From: Eutreptiella sp. 'Long Island Sound 2002'
Taxonomy: Eukaryota > Protista > Euglenida
Direction: 5' to 3'
Length of the DNA stretch: 64,000 nucleotides
Assembly: GCA_964036045.1 (NCBI GenBank)
Contig: OZ038378.1
Span: 158,038,001-158,102,000 of the forward strand
Shown: positions 1 through 12,639 of the stretch, in pieces
How the letters are laid out: every line of letters starts with the position of its first letter
Numbering within the stretch: the stretch's first letter is position 1
Translations under genes and position numbers: made by a program
Notes under the pieces: model-generated
The model's database searches: none
What the model was told of the DNA's origin: nothing
What the model saw: the letters and a program-made list of their open reading frames with translations, nothing else

Positions 1-357
1 TTCCTCTGTGGGTCGGCAGTCGGACGAAGCCGACTCGGTCGAGGAGGCCGGCACTTGCTGCCCACCGTCCGAACTGGTCGCGCCCCTGTCGAGCTGCCGC
101 CCCCGTTGCCGGGTGCCTACCTCTGCTTGGCGAGTTGTCCCTTCGGCCACAGCTTGCTCCCCGCCCCGCCCTGGGACGCCGCCGAATTCCCAGCGTGCCT
201 GTCGGCCCCGGGCATGGTCCTTGAGGGCCCAAAGGCCACATGCTCCTTTTTGTGCTTCCACTGCTGTCGTATCCCAGACGGCCACAGCTACTCGAGTCAT
301 AGGGACGTCGTGCGGCTGCGCCACCTGCCTCCAACTCCCTCTCGGGGGGGCCGCGGC

Positions 358-1294
358 TAGAAATCCTCCGCTTGCACGGGCTGCGTTTCGGTCGGATGCG
401 CGTACCACCGCGCGGTGGAGTTACGCGCCCAGCGGCCCAAACGGCGATCTGCCGAATTGTTGCCCCAGCCGTCCACATAGCCCGAGCCCCGGCTCTGCGC
501 CACGCGTGCCAGCGGGCACCCTCAAACGGGGATGCGACGAGGAGGCGTTGCATGCCCTTCTCCAGCTGCTGTGTCGTCCACGGTCGTCTTCCTTCCGCCG
601 CCGGCTCTGGGAAGTGGCGCTGGAGCCACTGCAGCCACTCCCTTGTAAGCGCCGTGAGGGACCTCTGTTGCCAGTCCTGCCTCGTCTTGGAGTCGAAGAA
701 CCGCACCGCGTCATCCACGACCGCCCAAGGTTGCAGGGTGACTGCCTCTCCGACGCGCAGGAAGAGCTGGAACGAGACGATGGCCAGCCCGACCACTGCC
801 CAGTCCTCCAGGCTGCTGGTCCTTGCCGCCATGTGTAGCAGCATGATCGGGGATCCCCAGATACGCTCTTTTGCCGCGTTCCTTGTCTTCTTCGCCGCCT
901 TGACGGATCTCCAGATGGTGGCCGGGATGCACGCGTCAACCAGCCGCACTTCTGTCGCCATAATGGCCGCGCTGATGATCCCCTTGATTGTGCTCTCCTA
1001 CTTCCCCAATCGGGCGCACTCCAATATGGTCTGCTCCAGGACCCGCTCCTTGGCATCACGTGGGAACCGCCGCTCGACCGCCGCCAGCCTGCGCAGGTGA
1101 CACTGGTATGTCCCCAATGACGATTCTTCCCATCCCAGCAGGACAAACGTCTGCCAACTGTGCAGAGCGTCTTGCGTGCGTAGTCGCTCCATCTTCTTGA
1201 GGGCCGACCCCCAACTGTCCCCTCCACGGGCACTTGCTGCCCCCCCACGCTCGCCGCCCCGTTGGGCCCCAAGGCGACGGGGGCCCCCTTCCAT
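358..1294 (-). pseudogene. Tyrosine recombinase with an in-frame TAG (998-1000) and a 1-nt frameshift near 436-438
   Basis: Manual translation gives FQLFLRVGEA (catalytic R), FFDSKT (K) and WHAWRRAGA (HxxR). After adding one base it gives WGRWARNSTARWY (W and catalytic Y). Confidence 0.85.
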
Positions 1295-2311
1295 TTAGTC
1301 GCTCTCGACTGGGCACTGGAACCACCAGTGCTTGACTCGGCACACGTCGCAGGGATATCGCGGGGGCTTCCCCGTTTTGAGCACCTTGCCGCCTTTGGAC
1401 TCGTACGTCTCCTCGGGTGTTCCCATGTTGGTGAAGCGGTCCTTCACTCGCTCCCTCCGTATGTCCTGCACGTGCTGCGGAGCCAATTTTCCCGTCTTTG
1501 GCCTGGTCTTCGCTCCCTCCTCCTTGAGGTTCGCCTTCTCCGAGCCCGTGGTCTCGTTTGCTCCGTCTGCGGCTCGAGCCTCCAGCTGCGCCTTGACTTC
1601 TTCCTTTTTGACCTCGAACAGCAGGTGGGACCACACTTCGGACAGGGCCTTCATGCCTGCCTCGTACTCAGACTCGAGCATGCTTTGCAGATTCTCCGCC
1701 GCCCAGCCTGCCATCGCCCCTGCCACCGCTCTCGCCCAGGCAGGTTTCGCTTCGTTGGCCTCCATCTCCTGTCCCGCCTCCAGTACAAAAATCACCTGCC
1801 GCAGCTGCGGCACTGCCTTGGACGCTCGGAGCTCTTGTATCGTTTTTAGTTGTTGCTCCATCACGAGCTTCATGTCCTCCATTTCTTGGCGCATTTTCTC
1901 GATGTCCGCGTGCACCCCTTTTTCGTTTGGCGACCCGCTAGCACTGGAGCTGCCCTCAATTGACACCACGTCCGCGGGGTTCTTCTCCGGGGTCCTGTTC
2001 CCTGCGATCACTTGGGCATGCTGTGCTGACATGTAGAATGTGCAGTCGTTCCAGTTGAAGGTCCGCTTGTGGAGGGTCCCGAAGGCCACGACTTGCTCGT
2101 AGATGCCCTCCATGTATCCCTTCAGTCCATACTTCTGTCTCAGCCGATCTGCCAGTTCAACGGTATCGACTCCGGCTGTCTTTGCCGCCGTCACGAGTCT
2201 GTCCGCGTCTTGCTGAAGCGTAGACGCGTTTAGCAGCTGCGTGGCCAGTTTATGCTGGCCCTGCTCAATGTAATCCTCAAAGCTGATTGGCTGGTTCTCA
2301 GACTCAGGCAT
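1295..2311 (-). CDS. Gag-like ORF1 with C-terminal CX2CX3HX4C knuckle (YPCDVCRVKHWWFQC)
   Basis: Uninterrupted ORF of about 338 aa from the ATG at 2311. It has a helical/coiled-coil middle (IEKMRQEMEDMKLVMEQQLKTIQEL) and a terminal Cys/His knuckle. Confidence 0.75.
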   Translation of the reverse strand: MPESENQPISFEDYIEQGQHKLATQLLNASTLQQDADRLVTAAKTAGVDTVELADRLRQKYGLKGYMEGIYEQVVAFGTLHKRTFNWNDCTFYMSAQHAQVIAGNRTPEKNPADVVSIEGSSSASGSPNEKGVHADIEKMRQEMEDMKLVMEQQLKTIQELRASKAVPQLRQVIFVLEAGQEMEANEAKPAWARAVAGAMAGWAAENLQSMLESEYEAGMKALSEVWSHLLFEVKKEEVKAQLEARAADGANETTGSEKANLKEEGAKTRPKTGKLAPQHVQDIRRERVKDRFTNMGTPEETYESKGGKVLKTGKPPRYPCDVCRVKHWWFQCPVESD

Positions 2312-2751
2312 GGTCAGGACGACGGCACACCACAAAACAAACAAACATTAGGCGAGTGTTCACAAGGTGCCCTCCTCCCACCCCCTTGCCCAATTTAAAC
2401 TCAAGTTTACTGCATCAACTTTAGTTTTATGGAAAGTTTGGGGTCTAAAGTTGCAGAAATTCCACTTCTGACGGGCCTAAGTGTTGGGAATGACCCAACC
2501 TACTGAGACCCCCAAGCCATAGGAAAACAACGGATCTTGACATTTTGAATTCCACTCACTACTAGTCCCAAAGTACAGCCAACTTCAATCGATCACCAAA
2601 ATGTGGTAGGGGACAACAGCACAGAGCAGGTAGAACAGAAAAGAGCATTGAGAACAGAACAGGCAATGCTCATACAAGCAGAACTACAAAATTGGTACCC
2701 AGAAGCATGTAAACAGAATAAACAGTTAGGTGTGCCGACTGAAACATTGTA

Positions 2752-3073
2752 CCCCTCCCCCCTTGTATAAGCTACGCCAAAGTCCCAAATTAATACGGTC
2801 CCTATGCCTACTGTAGCTTGGACACGGGCGTAGCTTGCGCGCGACACATACAACTACCAACACCGGGCGCCCAGGTTCAAAAAGAGAGGGTTGCATGGTG
2901 TGCCGGTTCAAGAAAGGGGCATATAATGCACAAACATCCCCAAAATCAGAGCTATGTGGGTTCAAGTGGCAAACACTCACAACAAATGTGTCCATGACTC
3001 TATGTGACTCGCAAATCTCCCTACGCCTACTGAAGCTTGGACAAGGGCGTAGCTTATACAAAGGGGGGGGGGG
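2752..3073. mobile_element. MITE with about 25-bp terminal inverted repeats (TIRs) and TA target duplication (Tc1/mariner-type)
   Basis: C-tract-TTGTATAAGCTACGCC at the left end and GGCGTAGCTTATACAAA-G-tract at the right end. TA at 2750-2751 and 3074-3075. An internal 37-bp direct repeat lies near 2798 and 3019. Confidence 0.65.
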
Positions 3074-3334
3074 TAGAATGAATGTGCAGAGAAGCAGACC
3101 AAAATAGTCACATTGGAAATGCACTAGCATATTGTACACACACACGCACTCACTCACTCAAGCGCTCCACAGATCTAAGGGACAACAATATTAGGCAAGT
3201 CCTTTGCACAGATCTCCGAATCGCTTCAATAATGTGGAAGGCTTCAATAATGTGGAAGCTAGCGCTTGTAATCAACATAAGAACGGCTGCCTACTTCGGC
3301 TTATGGTGCCTCTATTCAGACTAGGAACACTTTT

Positions 3335-6240
3335 TTAAATCACGTTCCGCCCCCCTTTAAATCTCCCCCGAATGTCCTGATGGTTCTCCCCCACCGGGAG
3401 TGGGGACGGTACTCCCCCATGGGGGGGCCATGAGCAACGGATACTGAGCTCACATATACCCCCGTGACACAGGCATATGGTCATAGCCACCACTTTGAGT
3501 TCATTGTTTTTTTTTTGACGAAGCTGCAATTGTTCTGCAATAGTTCTGCAGCAGTACGAGTCAAACTCGGGATCTAAGTACACTCTCAGAACATACCATG
3601 GCTTGTTCCGCTGTCAAGGACAGGGAAGAAGGATGACAAAGAAGGAGCAACTTATATTCCTACCTTGAGTATACTTGCGAAGCAACCTGGGGTCGCCACG
3701 ACTCATGTTTGGCCCTTGTCTTCTCACTTATGACAAGTTTTCTTTGCTCCAAGGACGTGCATGGGTGAGTTTGGTGATACTCTGATTCGCCATGTTATCC
3801 TTCTAGTGGTACACGTCCGTTTGGCCTGTGGCGGTGAGCAGGCCGTGTTGTGTGGTGCTTCCTCGCGCCGTTGCAAACCCTTTTGTATAAGTGCGGGCCG
3901 TAGACCCAAGGATATGATATGATATGTCCACCTCATGCAGCCACTCCTGGTATGTCTTTTCCATATAATGCAGCCATTTACCCACCCTCCTATACCAAAT
4001 ACCGTCATAGTGCCGATCTTTGAGAACACTTTGGCACCCATGGTTGTGCATGTCCTGTGCCTCCCGCATCATTCTAGTGATTTGGTATTTAATCCTGGGT
4101 GCGGACAATTTCTTCATCACTTTCTGATGCCCGATAGTATCCTGGGTGAACTCAAGGTATTTTAGTGCCTTCACCTTGGTATGGTATGAATCCTGGCGTT
4201 GTAAAATCTTGTGACACTCCTTGTCATCTTCCTGGTTCGCTGTGGCAGGTGCCTTGACTTTTGCACGCGTTTGCTTCCGAGGTTTATACATTACTTGTTG
4301 TTGCAACACTTGTGGGGTGGGATTTGGCGTACACACCCTCGGCTTGACCTTACCATCCCATGCGCTAACAGACTGACTAGGCTGCATTTCTTCATTGTCC
4401 TTGGGGGGCATGGTGAACTCCTTTCTTAGCTGGTACACAATGTGAAGCATCATGTATTGGTGATGTGCCACGTGCTCCCGGAAGTGGTCTCCCTGGGGCA
4501 ATTGGTCATAGAAAGAACTAGGAACTCTTAGGCACGCGACATGGTGCATGTCTTCCAGGGACGCGTTATCGTCTATGTGTATTCAGCCCATGTGCTCCAT
4601 GATTGTGTCCATGCCTTCCTGAAGGAGGGAGCCCATTTTGGGCATTGAATCAGCCGCTTGTGCAGGGTGGTGCCATTCCTGGTATTGCATATGGGGCACT
4701 TCACAACATTATGATCCCATGGCGCGCCACATCCATCCCACCGCTCATTTCCCCAAAGCCATTTAACCCATGTCATCCGGCGGGTTCCTTTGAGCGTGAG
4801 CCAAGACACCCAGTGTGCATGTACCTGAATATAGGTCATAGTGTCTCCTCTCTATGACCCATTTTTTGGCTGGGGTAGGCGCAGGACCCCCATTGCCAGC
4901 AATATCACCTGGGTGGGTAGACGGGCATTCAGGGAGAGGTAGGCCGGTTGCCATTTTCGCCAGACCGTCGACCTCATCATTACGTTTGATTTCTATTCGC
5001 TCTTCAGACCTGACACCCGACCAGCTCGCTAAGATCCTTAGCGAGGAGCAGGACCAAGGTGGGCGCCAGAAACCACGTGTCATCATAATTGTGCTCCGCT
5101 GTATGGTACCCTTCTCCTTCTACCACCATGCCCCTTCTCCTCCTCTCGTTACTCATCATCACGGCATCGGCCCTCTGATAGGCCTGTGGCTTGGGACCCA
5201 CCTCGACCGGAGGGGCTTGTTCTGTGTTTCCTCCAGGATGGTGAGACGTAAATCCATATCGGAACACTCCCTATGGGGAGGATGTAGGGCGTGGTCCACA
5301 ACTGCTTTGTTGTCGTAAGTCAGTCCTTGGTTTGTGCTAGCCAAAGCCGAATTAACCACAAAACTTTGTAGTCCTGCCCTGTATGAGGTCTGTGGTCCGG
5401 TCACTCGGGTAATGACGTGCAGTGGACCGCAAGTGATGGCTCCTCCTGCTCTTTATATTGTTCTTCCTCCTACTTCCTCAGTTAGTTTACTCCCGTCTCC
5501 ATACCATATGTCGACTTCTGCCTGCTTTCCATTGGTGTAGCACTTTATTCCTGCCACCTCCACTAGGGTAAACCCTGGTGGGACTTCTCCGTCCGTGGGA
5601 TCTTCATTTGCACTGCATCGTGTTATGTACCTTCTAGCTACTTTAGGTATGCCCACTGCCACTTCTTGTTGCGTAATCCATTCTCCATCACCGGATGTCT
5701 ACCCATCAATGAGATTTGCGGAAGTGGGGGTCACAACTTCTGCGCGGGGCCACAACCAGTGTAGTGTTTCCTCCTATCTGGGACAAGACTGTAACGTAGT
5801 CACAAAGAGGTGTCATCATGCATTCTATGGGTTGTGCCACCAATCTGGACAATCTACCAGTGGGTTTCCGCAGCAATCCTTGAACAAGGGTGACATACCT
5901 AGTTCTATAAGCCCAGTATATTTGTTGTAGTCCTAGTCCTCCATACTTGACAGGTGAGTTGATGTGGGTAACATTGTGAGCCTTGTAGATGTTCTCTTTG
6001 TTGTGTTCTAATCCTTTTGCAACAAATTCTAAACATATTTTGTCTATGTGCTGAAACATGCGGTCATGTGGGATGAACATGGGATGATACAGCGAGCGTG
6101 GGATGAGCACAGAGTTGAGCAGTTGTACCCGTTCAAATGCATTTAATGGTAATGCCCTATACCGGGTGACATCCGACTCCACTCCAAGACTTCATCTCTA
6201 GCTCTTTGGGGCCACCACTTTCAGTTCATTGTTTGCCTTG
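3335..6240 (-). mobile_element. Decayed 5'-truncated LINE: RT thumb, RNase H and Cys/His finger
   Basis: RT-tail motifs ERVQLLNSVLIPR and SPVKYGGLGL (5706-6182). RNase H pieces WYGDGS, QTSYRAGL, TYDNKAVV and RNDEVDGLAK (about 4950-5500). CPIC..LHKRLIQC near 4600-4700. Several stops and frameshifts. Confidence 0.75.
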
Positions 6241-6626
6241 CTGCAATCCCCCAAAGGGGGGGGGGTGATTGCACCACACAATGGTATTTCCTAAAATTGC
6301 ATCGGCGCCTTTAGCGCCAAGTATTTCCTATGCTTTTTGGGCCAAGTGACAGTCCCCCCCTCCCCGGGCGGGGCGAGTTGCAAGGCTGGGCCAAAGCAAT
6401 GGATACTTAGCTACCGAACGCCCCCCTGCCACAGGTGACCGGTCACTGCTCATCAACGGTCTACTGCACTGCGGTACTTCCAACCTAGTACCGAATGTTG
6501 CCTTGACTTCACCCGCAGGCTATTGAAGGTTTCTTTCTTAGGCTGGCTAGGGTCAGCTCATCCCCTACCGCAAAACCCGGTTACACACATGCTCCGTGGG
6601 GTTGGAAGGATTGATACACTTTCTCT

Positions 6627-7170
6627 TGTATCCCCCCCCTATCGTTGGTACCCCTTTGTGTACTATGTGGCGCCAATGTGTGGATTGTCTCCCTCCTCCC
6701 TTTGGCACCCCTATGTGGACTGCGTGGCGCCAATTCGTGTGTATGGATTGGCCCCCCCCTCCCTTTGGCAGCCCCGTGCGTACTGCCCGGCGCCAATTCA
6801 TGTGTACGGACTCCCCCCCCCCCCCTTCTTTGGCACCCCTCTTCCTGGCGCGTATTCATACGTATGGACTGTCTCCCCCCTCCCTTTGGCACCCCTATGT
6901 GGACTACTTGGCGCCAATACATGTGTATGGACCGTTCCCCCCCTCTCTTTGGCAGCCCTCTTCCTAGCGCCTAATCATGTGTATGGATTGTCTCTCCCCT
7001 CCCTTTGGCACCCATGTGTGGACTAATTGGCGCCAATTCATGTATTTGGATTGTCTCCCTCCTCCCTTTGGCACCCCTATGTGTACTACCTAGCGCCAAT
7101 CCATGTGTATGGATTGTCTCCCCCCTCCCTTTGGCACCCCTGTGTGGACTACGTGGCGCCAATTTGTGTG
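6627..7170. repeat. Minisatellite, unit about 63 bp, about 9 diverged copies
   Basis: The unit GGATTGTCTCCCCCCTCCCTTTGGCACCCCT(A/G)TGTGGACTACGTGGCGCCAATTCATGTGTAT recurs, for example at 7048 and 7111. Confidence 0.9.
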
Positions 7171-8229
7171 CATGGAGTGTCTCAACGACGCGGTGATTAT
7201 ATGGAGGGCAAGATCGCAGCCCCTTTGATTTTGGTCTTGGTAAAAATGATTTTGGTAAAAAAAATGCAATCCCATGCATGACTCAATGGACGTAGGCTTG
7301 TTGGCAAATTGAGAGGGCTCTGCCGTCTCATAACCTACCGTCTGGGAATTGCGTGGGAACAATAACACGGCCGGAATGTAGAAGCGCAGAAGGTCCTTCA
7401 GTCCAGCCAACCAGGCCAGGGATACCTTGCGGGCTGCCTCCAAGAATGCCATAATTGATGCCTCTATAAGTATATGTGCACCATGATACACCGCAAGTTC
7501 TTCCCCATATTGGGGCTAGCATTAGAGAAGGCTTTTCCTCTGGCGCTTGCGGCGCGCAGTTTGGGAAACTTGCCTAATTTGTGGAGCTTTTTAGATTCCA
7601 CCTTGTTGTGCTCCCCGGGGGGCATGGAGCCCGGTTTTACCATATAGTTTGGCCCTTTTATGTAGCCATATTGATCTCTCCCTACCATGGGGACCTCGAG
7701 AAGGCACGGGTTATGTTCCGGGGGGGTCAACCCGGGGGCAAGGGTTAGGTAGCCACTATGCCCACATGTGGGCCACGTTTGCTTTTGTCCCCGTGCTGAG
7801 CATTGGGAGCCATTGATTTCTCCCCAGTAGCGGGGGGCACTTGTCAAATGCAATTGTCAGCCCGCGGACAAGGGTCCCTTGGCGCGGGCCGCCGCCACCC
7901 TCAAGCTCTTCTCTGACGTCATGCTCTGCCGACTATGTGTCTTCGGATATCAACTACTCGCCAGACAACATTGTTGTGAGTGATTACTTCGGCATAGTTG
8001 GCGTCGAATCGAAACACGAAACGAGTCGAAACCGCGAAATGTCGCAATTGCGAAGCAAAATGGCTACGTCACTAAAATGGGCACCCTTGATGGAGCGATG
8101 GTGTCAGAAGATCAACGTGTGATAGTTCTCAGGTATTTGGTTTGTTTCCGGAACAATTTGCAATAAAACAGGTTTCTCAAACCCCGCGGCGCACCTGCGG
8201 CACGTAGAAAGCGTTCTCTTAGGGCACAA

Positions 8230-10620
8230 AACTACTTCTCAATGTGTAGTAAGTTTGGGTGGCACATGATCTCCTCATAGACCGTAGGAAATTGCTGTTC
8301 CGGGTACCGTTGCGAACCGTATTGCACACAAGTACGGGTGCCAATAGCCGTATAGCATTGGTACAGTTGCATAGTGCTTAACCAACTTGGATGGGTTGTG
8401 TGTGGATTGGAGGTACTTCTTGGGCACAAGCGACTCAAACCTACCGCCATCGGAGTCCTCATCATCGAAGAGTGACTCGAGGTCATCATGTGCCCATTTG
8501 GGTGCCTTTCGACCCACGGATTGGTTGGCATGAGGGAGGCACCCCGTTTCCATACCAAAAGATAGCAGGATTTTGTGGTACTTCTCTACCACGTGTGGGA
8601 GATGACCTGAGTTGGTGCGCTTCGTCGTAGGTCTGTTTGGAACTCGCAAGGCCCGTTGGTCTGTCAGTCTTGGCTAGAACAACGGCGTGACTGGGCAACT
8701 TAGCCCATCACGGCGTGAGGGTGGACTGATCTACAAGAGCTAACAGTCTAATCTAGAGATGGACGCTAGCCACCGGCCCCTGTTTGTTGACCCAACCTGC
8801 ATTTCTCCACCTGTACGCAGAGCCTGTCAGGCCATCGTAGGCATATTGTGAATCTGTGGCTACAACCACATTCCTGATCTGACCTTGCATTTGTTCCAAT
8901 GTATGAATGATAGCCAGGACATTTGCTCTATTATTCATTTGGGCTAAACTACATGGCACGTACCAACTCTCTTCCCACTCCCCAAGCATTACACAGCCAT
9001 AGCCTGCCACCCAACCAACTCGTGTGTGGTGCTCCGCGGACCCATCAGTGTAGGCTATTGCCCACCCTGTGGCCTCAAGATCTGCAATCACCTCAAGTGC
9101 CCTCCAGGCTAGCTGTTCTTTATGTTCCGGTGTGCGTTGCTTTTTGCTGGCTTGAAGGTTCTCATTTGTCTGGAACTGTACTCAGGCTCTTGGGGGTGGG
9201 GGTGCATGCACACTGCATGAATTGCATGAAATGTGGGTATTCCACAGTCCTAAACTCCCAGTTTCTTGGGTGCATGTGTTTTAGGGCTCCAAACCGCATG
9301 GGCATTGCACATATTACCCCGTGCCCCCCATACAACATCACTTTCGTGGCTTCCTATGGGTATCACTATCAACAATGTGTGCCACCGTTATCTCCTCTGC
9401 CATATGTGGGTAGTAAGTGGGCACTGACTACGACGCTAAAAGGGCAGTGTGTGTCTCACCCTGTGGCATTGCTCATCAAATCAAAGTTTGCATCCATCCC
9501 TGTACGTGTTGTCCACCCCCCATATGGAATTGGAGACCCTGAGCATCCTCAAGACCCAACATCCCATCAAACAATTGGGTGATCGTTTGGTTACAAATGG
9601 AGTACATATCAACCATGGGGAGTCATATTGTAACAATCAGCCCGCCACCAAGTGGTGCCCATTGGTCTGAATGGGACTTGGGTCTGATCAATGCAACGTG
9701 GTACAAAAACGACAGCCATGGTGCGATCAATACCCATTCCACTTTTGTCTTCCATAAAGAATCCCTAACCAATGGTGTTGGTCACAGTTCCCATCTCCAA
9801 GTACCCCTGATCAACCCCATGGTGCGCACAAGTGCACACTCTGCTACTACCAAACTGTTTCCAGGCTGCTTGGGATTGTTTCAAATGACACGAGTTTTGG
9901 GACCCCAGGGCCATCATTTGGTGTGGGACCCCTGACACCCCCAGGGCCACCATTTGGTGACCAAAAGAGTACACATAACCCATGTGGAGCCAAAGCACCA
10001 ATCAGGCCCCCTTAGTGGTGCGCATTGGCCGTCAAAGAAATTAAAATTTCATCTACCCCACCCCGCCTTACCTTACAAATGGGTCTTCACTTCTGGAGCT
10101 TGGCCATGATGCAACTCACTGAATCGCTCAAGTTCAACCAGAGTATCGATTGGATGTCTCCCAGCCAAAATGTAACTTTGACTGGACTGAGCAACGGTGA
10201 AAATGGTCCTCACCGGTGTATCCCCTTCAGGGGGCCAATTAGGGCTGTTCGGCTTCAGGTGTAGAGGCCACGGACTCAGAAACAGTTTGGGGGCATTTAC
10301 GGAATTACAGTAGCCTTCAATCTGCCGCCAACTCTTGCGCCCCCTTCTCAAAGGGACTGAAACCGAACAGAAACACAATATACAGAGATAGGACCCAGAA
10401 CCACATCCATTGGTTTGGTGGTACATATGGACGAAAAAGATCAACTGGATCTGAATCAACACATGTGGCCACAACAAGCCATCCAAATTTTGTCTGCCCC
10501 ACCCTAAAATGGGTTGAGTTCCAGTGTCTCAGAGGTCCCCAATCAAAAAACATTCAGGGGCTCATTTTTGGAGAAAATAAGGTCTTTACAAACATGCATT
10601 GGCCTGAAAAGGCAGGGCAT
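8230..10620 (-). mobile_element. Decayed LINE with RT remnants and a canonical RNase H1 domain
   Basis: 8753-9091 reads AYTDGSA, QMNNRANVLAII, VATDSQY and WRNAGW. RT-like remnants DWGPLRHWNST (about 10540) and GPFSPLL (about 10200). Many stops. Confidence 0.75.
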
Positions 10621-12639
10621 GTAGCTGTTGCCAAAATGTAGACGCGCCTGATTTTGATCTCACAACAACCTGTGCAAGGTGACTTGTGATCTTGTTCACA
10701 CCTGGCCATGATGTAGCAGTCCCTCTTCAAGGTCTCGCCCTTTGCTCGAAATTAGGCAGTCAGTGGCCAGTGGGCAGTGGTGGGCAGGACATCGAAACAT
10801 GCAGTACGCATTATGGGCTGCTGAAGGATGGCTGGCCCAGCTGGTTAGGGGTAGCAAATAGGGAGTGACTGGTTGCAAAGGGTAATTGGTCAGAGGTGAT
10901 CCAGAGAGAAGAGTCTGTCACCTCACCTTTGGATTAATTTCAGTTGGTACAAAATGCAGACCACCACATCATGCTCCTGCTGGCAGAGAACCTTTGTGTG
11001 CCTTGGTCTGCAATTAGCAATGGGTTTGCGGATGTCGCAAATCAGGCTCTGTCAGCAGGCCTTTGATGGGTCTTGAGAAAAGGCTCCAAAGGGAGCGCCA
11101 CCGCGAAGTTTCAGGAAGCATAGCACAACATCTCATGCTCAAGACACTTTGCATGTCCTGAACGGACCACTCTTTCCACCATAGCAGATGGTGACACCCA
11201 GTGCTCATCAGACACTTGCAAACAGAGCTTATGGGGGGGGGGGGGGTATGCCCGGCGCGCGCCCGGCGTGCTTCTTTTGTATTACCTATCCTGAATACCC
11301 CGGATTTACCCTCCCCCAGAGGAGCCCCTCAAGTTGACCAGAGTGTAGCGCAAACCCTCCCAACAAAGCATGCTACATAAGTTTAGATAGCTGAAATCAA
11401 CATCAATGTGTATCACTCATGTATTGGTGAATAAACAGTTTGTTCCCCACAAGTGTGGGTATCACTACATTCCTCACCATAATGCTATTGGCACTCACCA
11501 CAACCTGTGATGGTGGAGCGCTTCTAACAACACAAGGCACACACATCTGCCTCATCTCCTCCCTCATCTTGCGTGGCGGCTGAATTGCTATTATCAGTCC
11601 AAACATGAGGCGGGACATGGTCCCATGGTCCATGAGGAGGGTGATGGACCTGCCTCCAAATGCAAAATTGCATGACATGCAACAAAACACACACAGATTG
11701 GTGCAACTCATTAGGGCCGCCACAGCAAACGTTCCCAACCAAACCCCCATGCCACAAGCGAGTAAACAATTGCTTAATGCGTGCCCTATACCACTCATGC
11801 GCGTCATTGTACGACCATTGCTCATTGCTGGGCCGTCAAAATTCCATTCTTTCTACCAATGTACGTGCTCATTGTGCTGGTTGTACGGGCTCATCATCAG
11901 ACAACGGAGCTGAGGAGGGGGCGTGACTCCGAGATGGGAAGTGTGAAGACGGTCATGTTGGGGAGCAACCGTGAAGGGGGCTTCCATTATCCTTGCCCCC
12001 CCCCCCCCCCCGGGGGGGGGCGTCCAAAAGGGGGTTCCGGAGGGACTTCTACGGGGACGTCAATTGCGCAAACCAATGGGGATGGCGGCGGAGACTCCAA
12101 ACTGGGGAGGTCGGAAAAGACTTCCGCGGGGACCTCCATTGATGGTGATGGTGGTGGAGACTCAAAACTAGGGATCACGAGGCAAGTGGAGTCCATGGGG
12201 CATCAATGATTATTGACCCGGACACCATCTCGATGATACTCCAACTCCACATGCCCATTGTCCAAAAGCGCAATCACCTTTGCAGGGACCCGAACTGGTG
12301 TAGAACACCTTGTCCCCAATGCTCAACTCCATTCCAAAGAGGTCTAAGGACACAAGGGGCAAAACCTGATGCTCAGCAGCGGACACGTTGAATGTATCAC
12401 CACGTACCAAGCTCAACGTGCCCCCTATACCCATGAAATGGCATCCCAACATCTCTGCACTGCATCACTTACCAATAGAGCGCTGCATTTGGCGTTTTCA
12501 CTCACCCCCCGGGGATTTCCTGGCCATTCCCATGGAAAAGGAGGCGGCCGGGGAGTCCTCCCCTATATGTTCGATGTATTTGTGTCATAAAAGAGGAAGT
12601 CTGTCCTCCACGGGATCTTCGGAAAGTGATGTCAGTCTA

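Larger units (their letters stand above)
1..2400 (-). mobile_element. Tyrosine-recombinase retroelement (DIRS order, VIPER/TATE/Ngaro-like Gag-YR layout), 3' part beyond the left window edge
   Basis: A Gag-like ORF with a zinc knuckle is followed immediately by a YR ORF on the minus strand. No RT is seen within the window, so the retroelement class is inferred from ORF order. Confidence 0.75.

Noticed and set aside
998-1000. Stop-codon reassignment (TAG read as an amino acid) in the YR ORF
   Set aside because: It is a single case, one substitution away from a Tyr codon. Other ORFs in the window end normally at TAG.
3486-3512. Short match to 6211-6235 (NELKVVA) as a terminal repeat
   Set aside because: It is more simply a fragment of another copy of the same LINE family.
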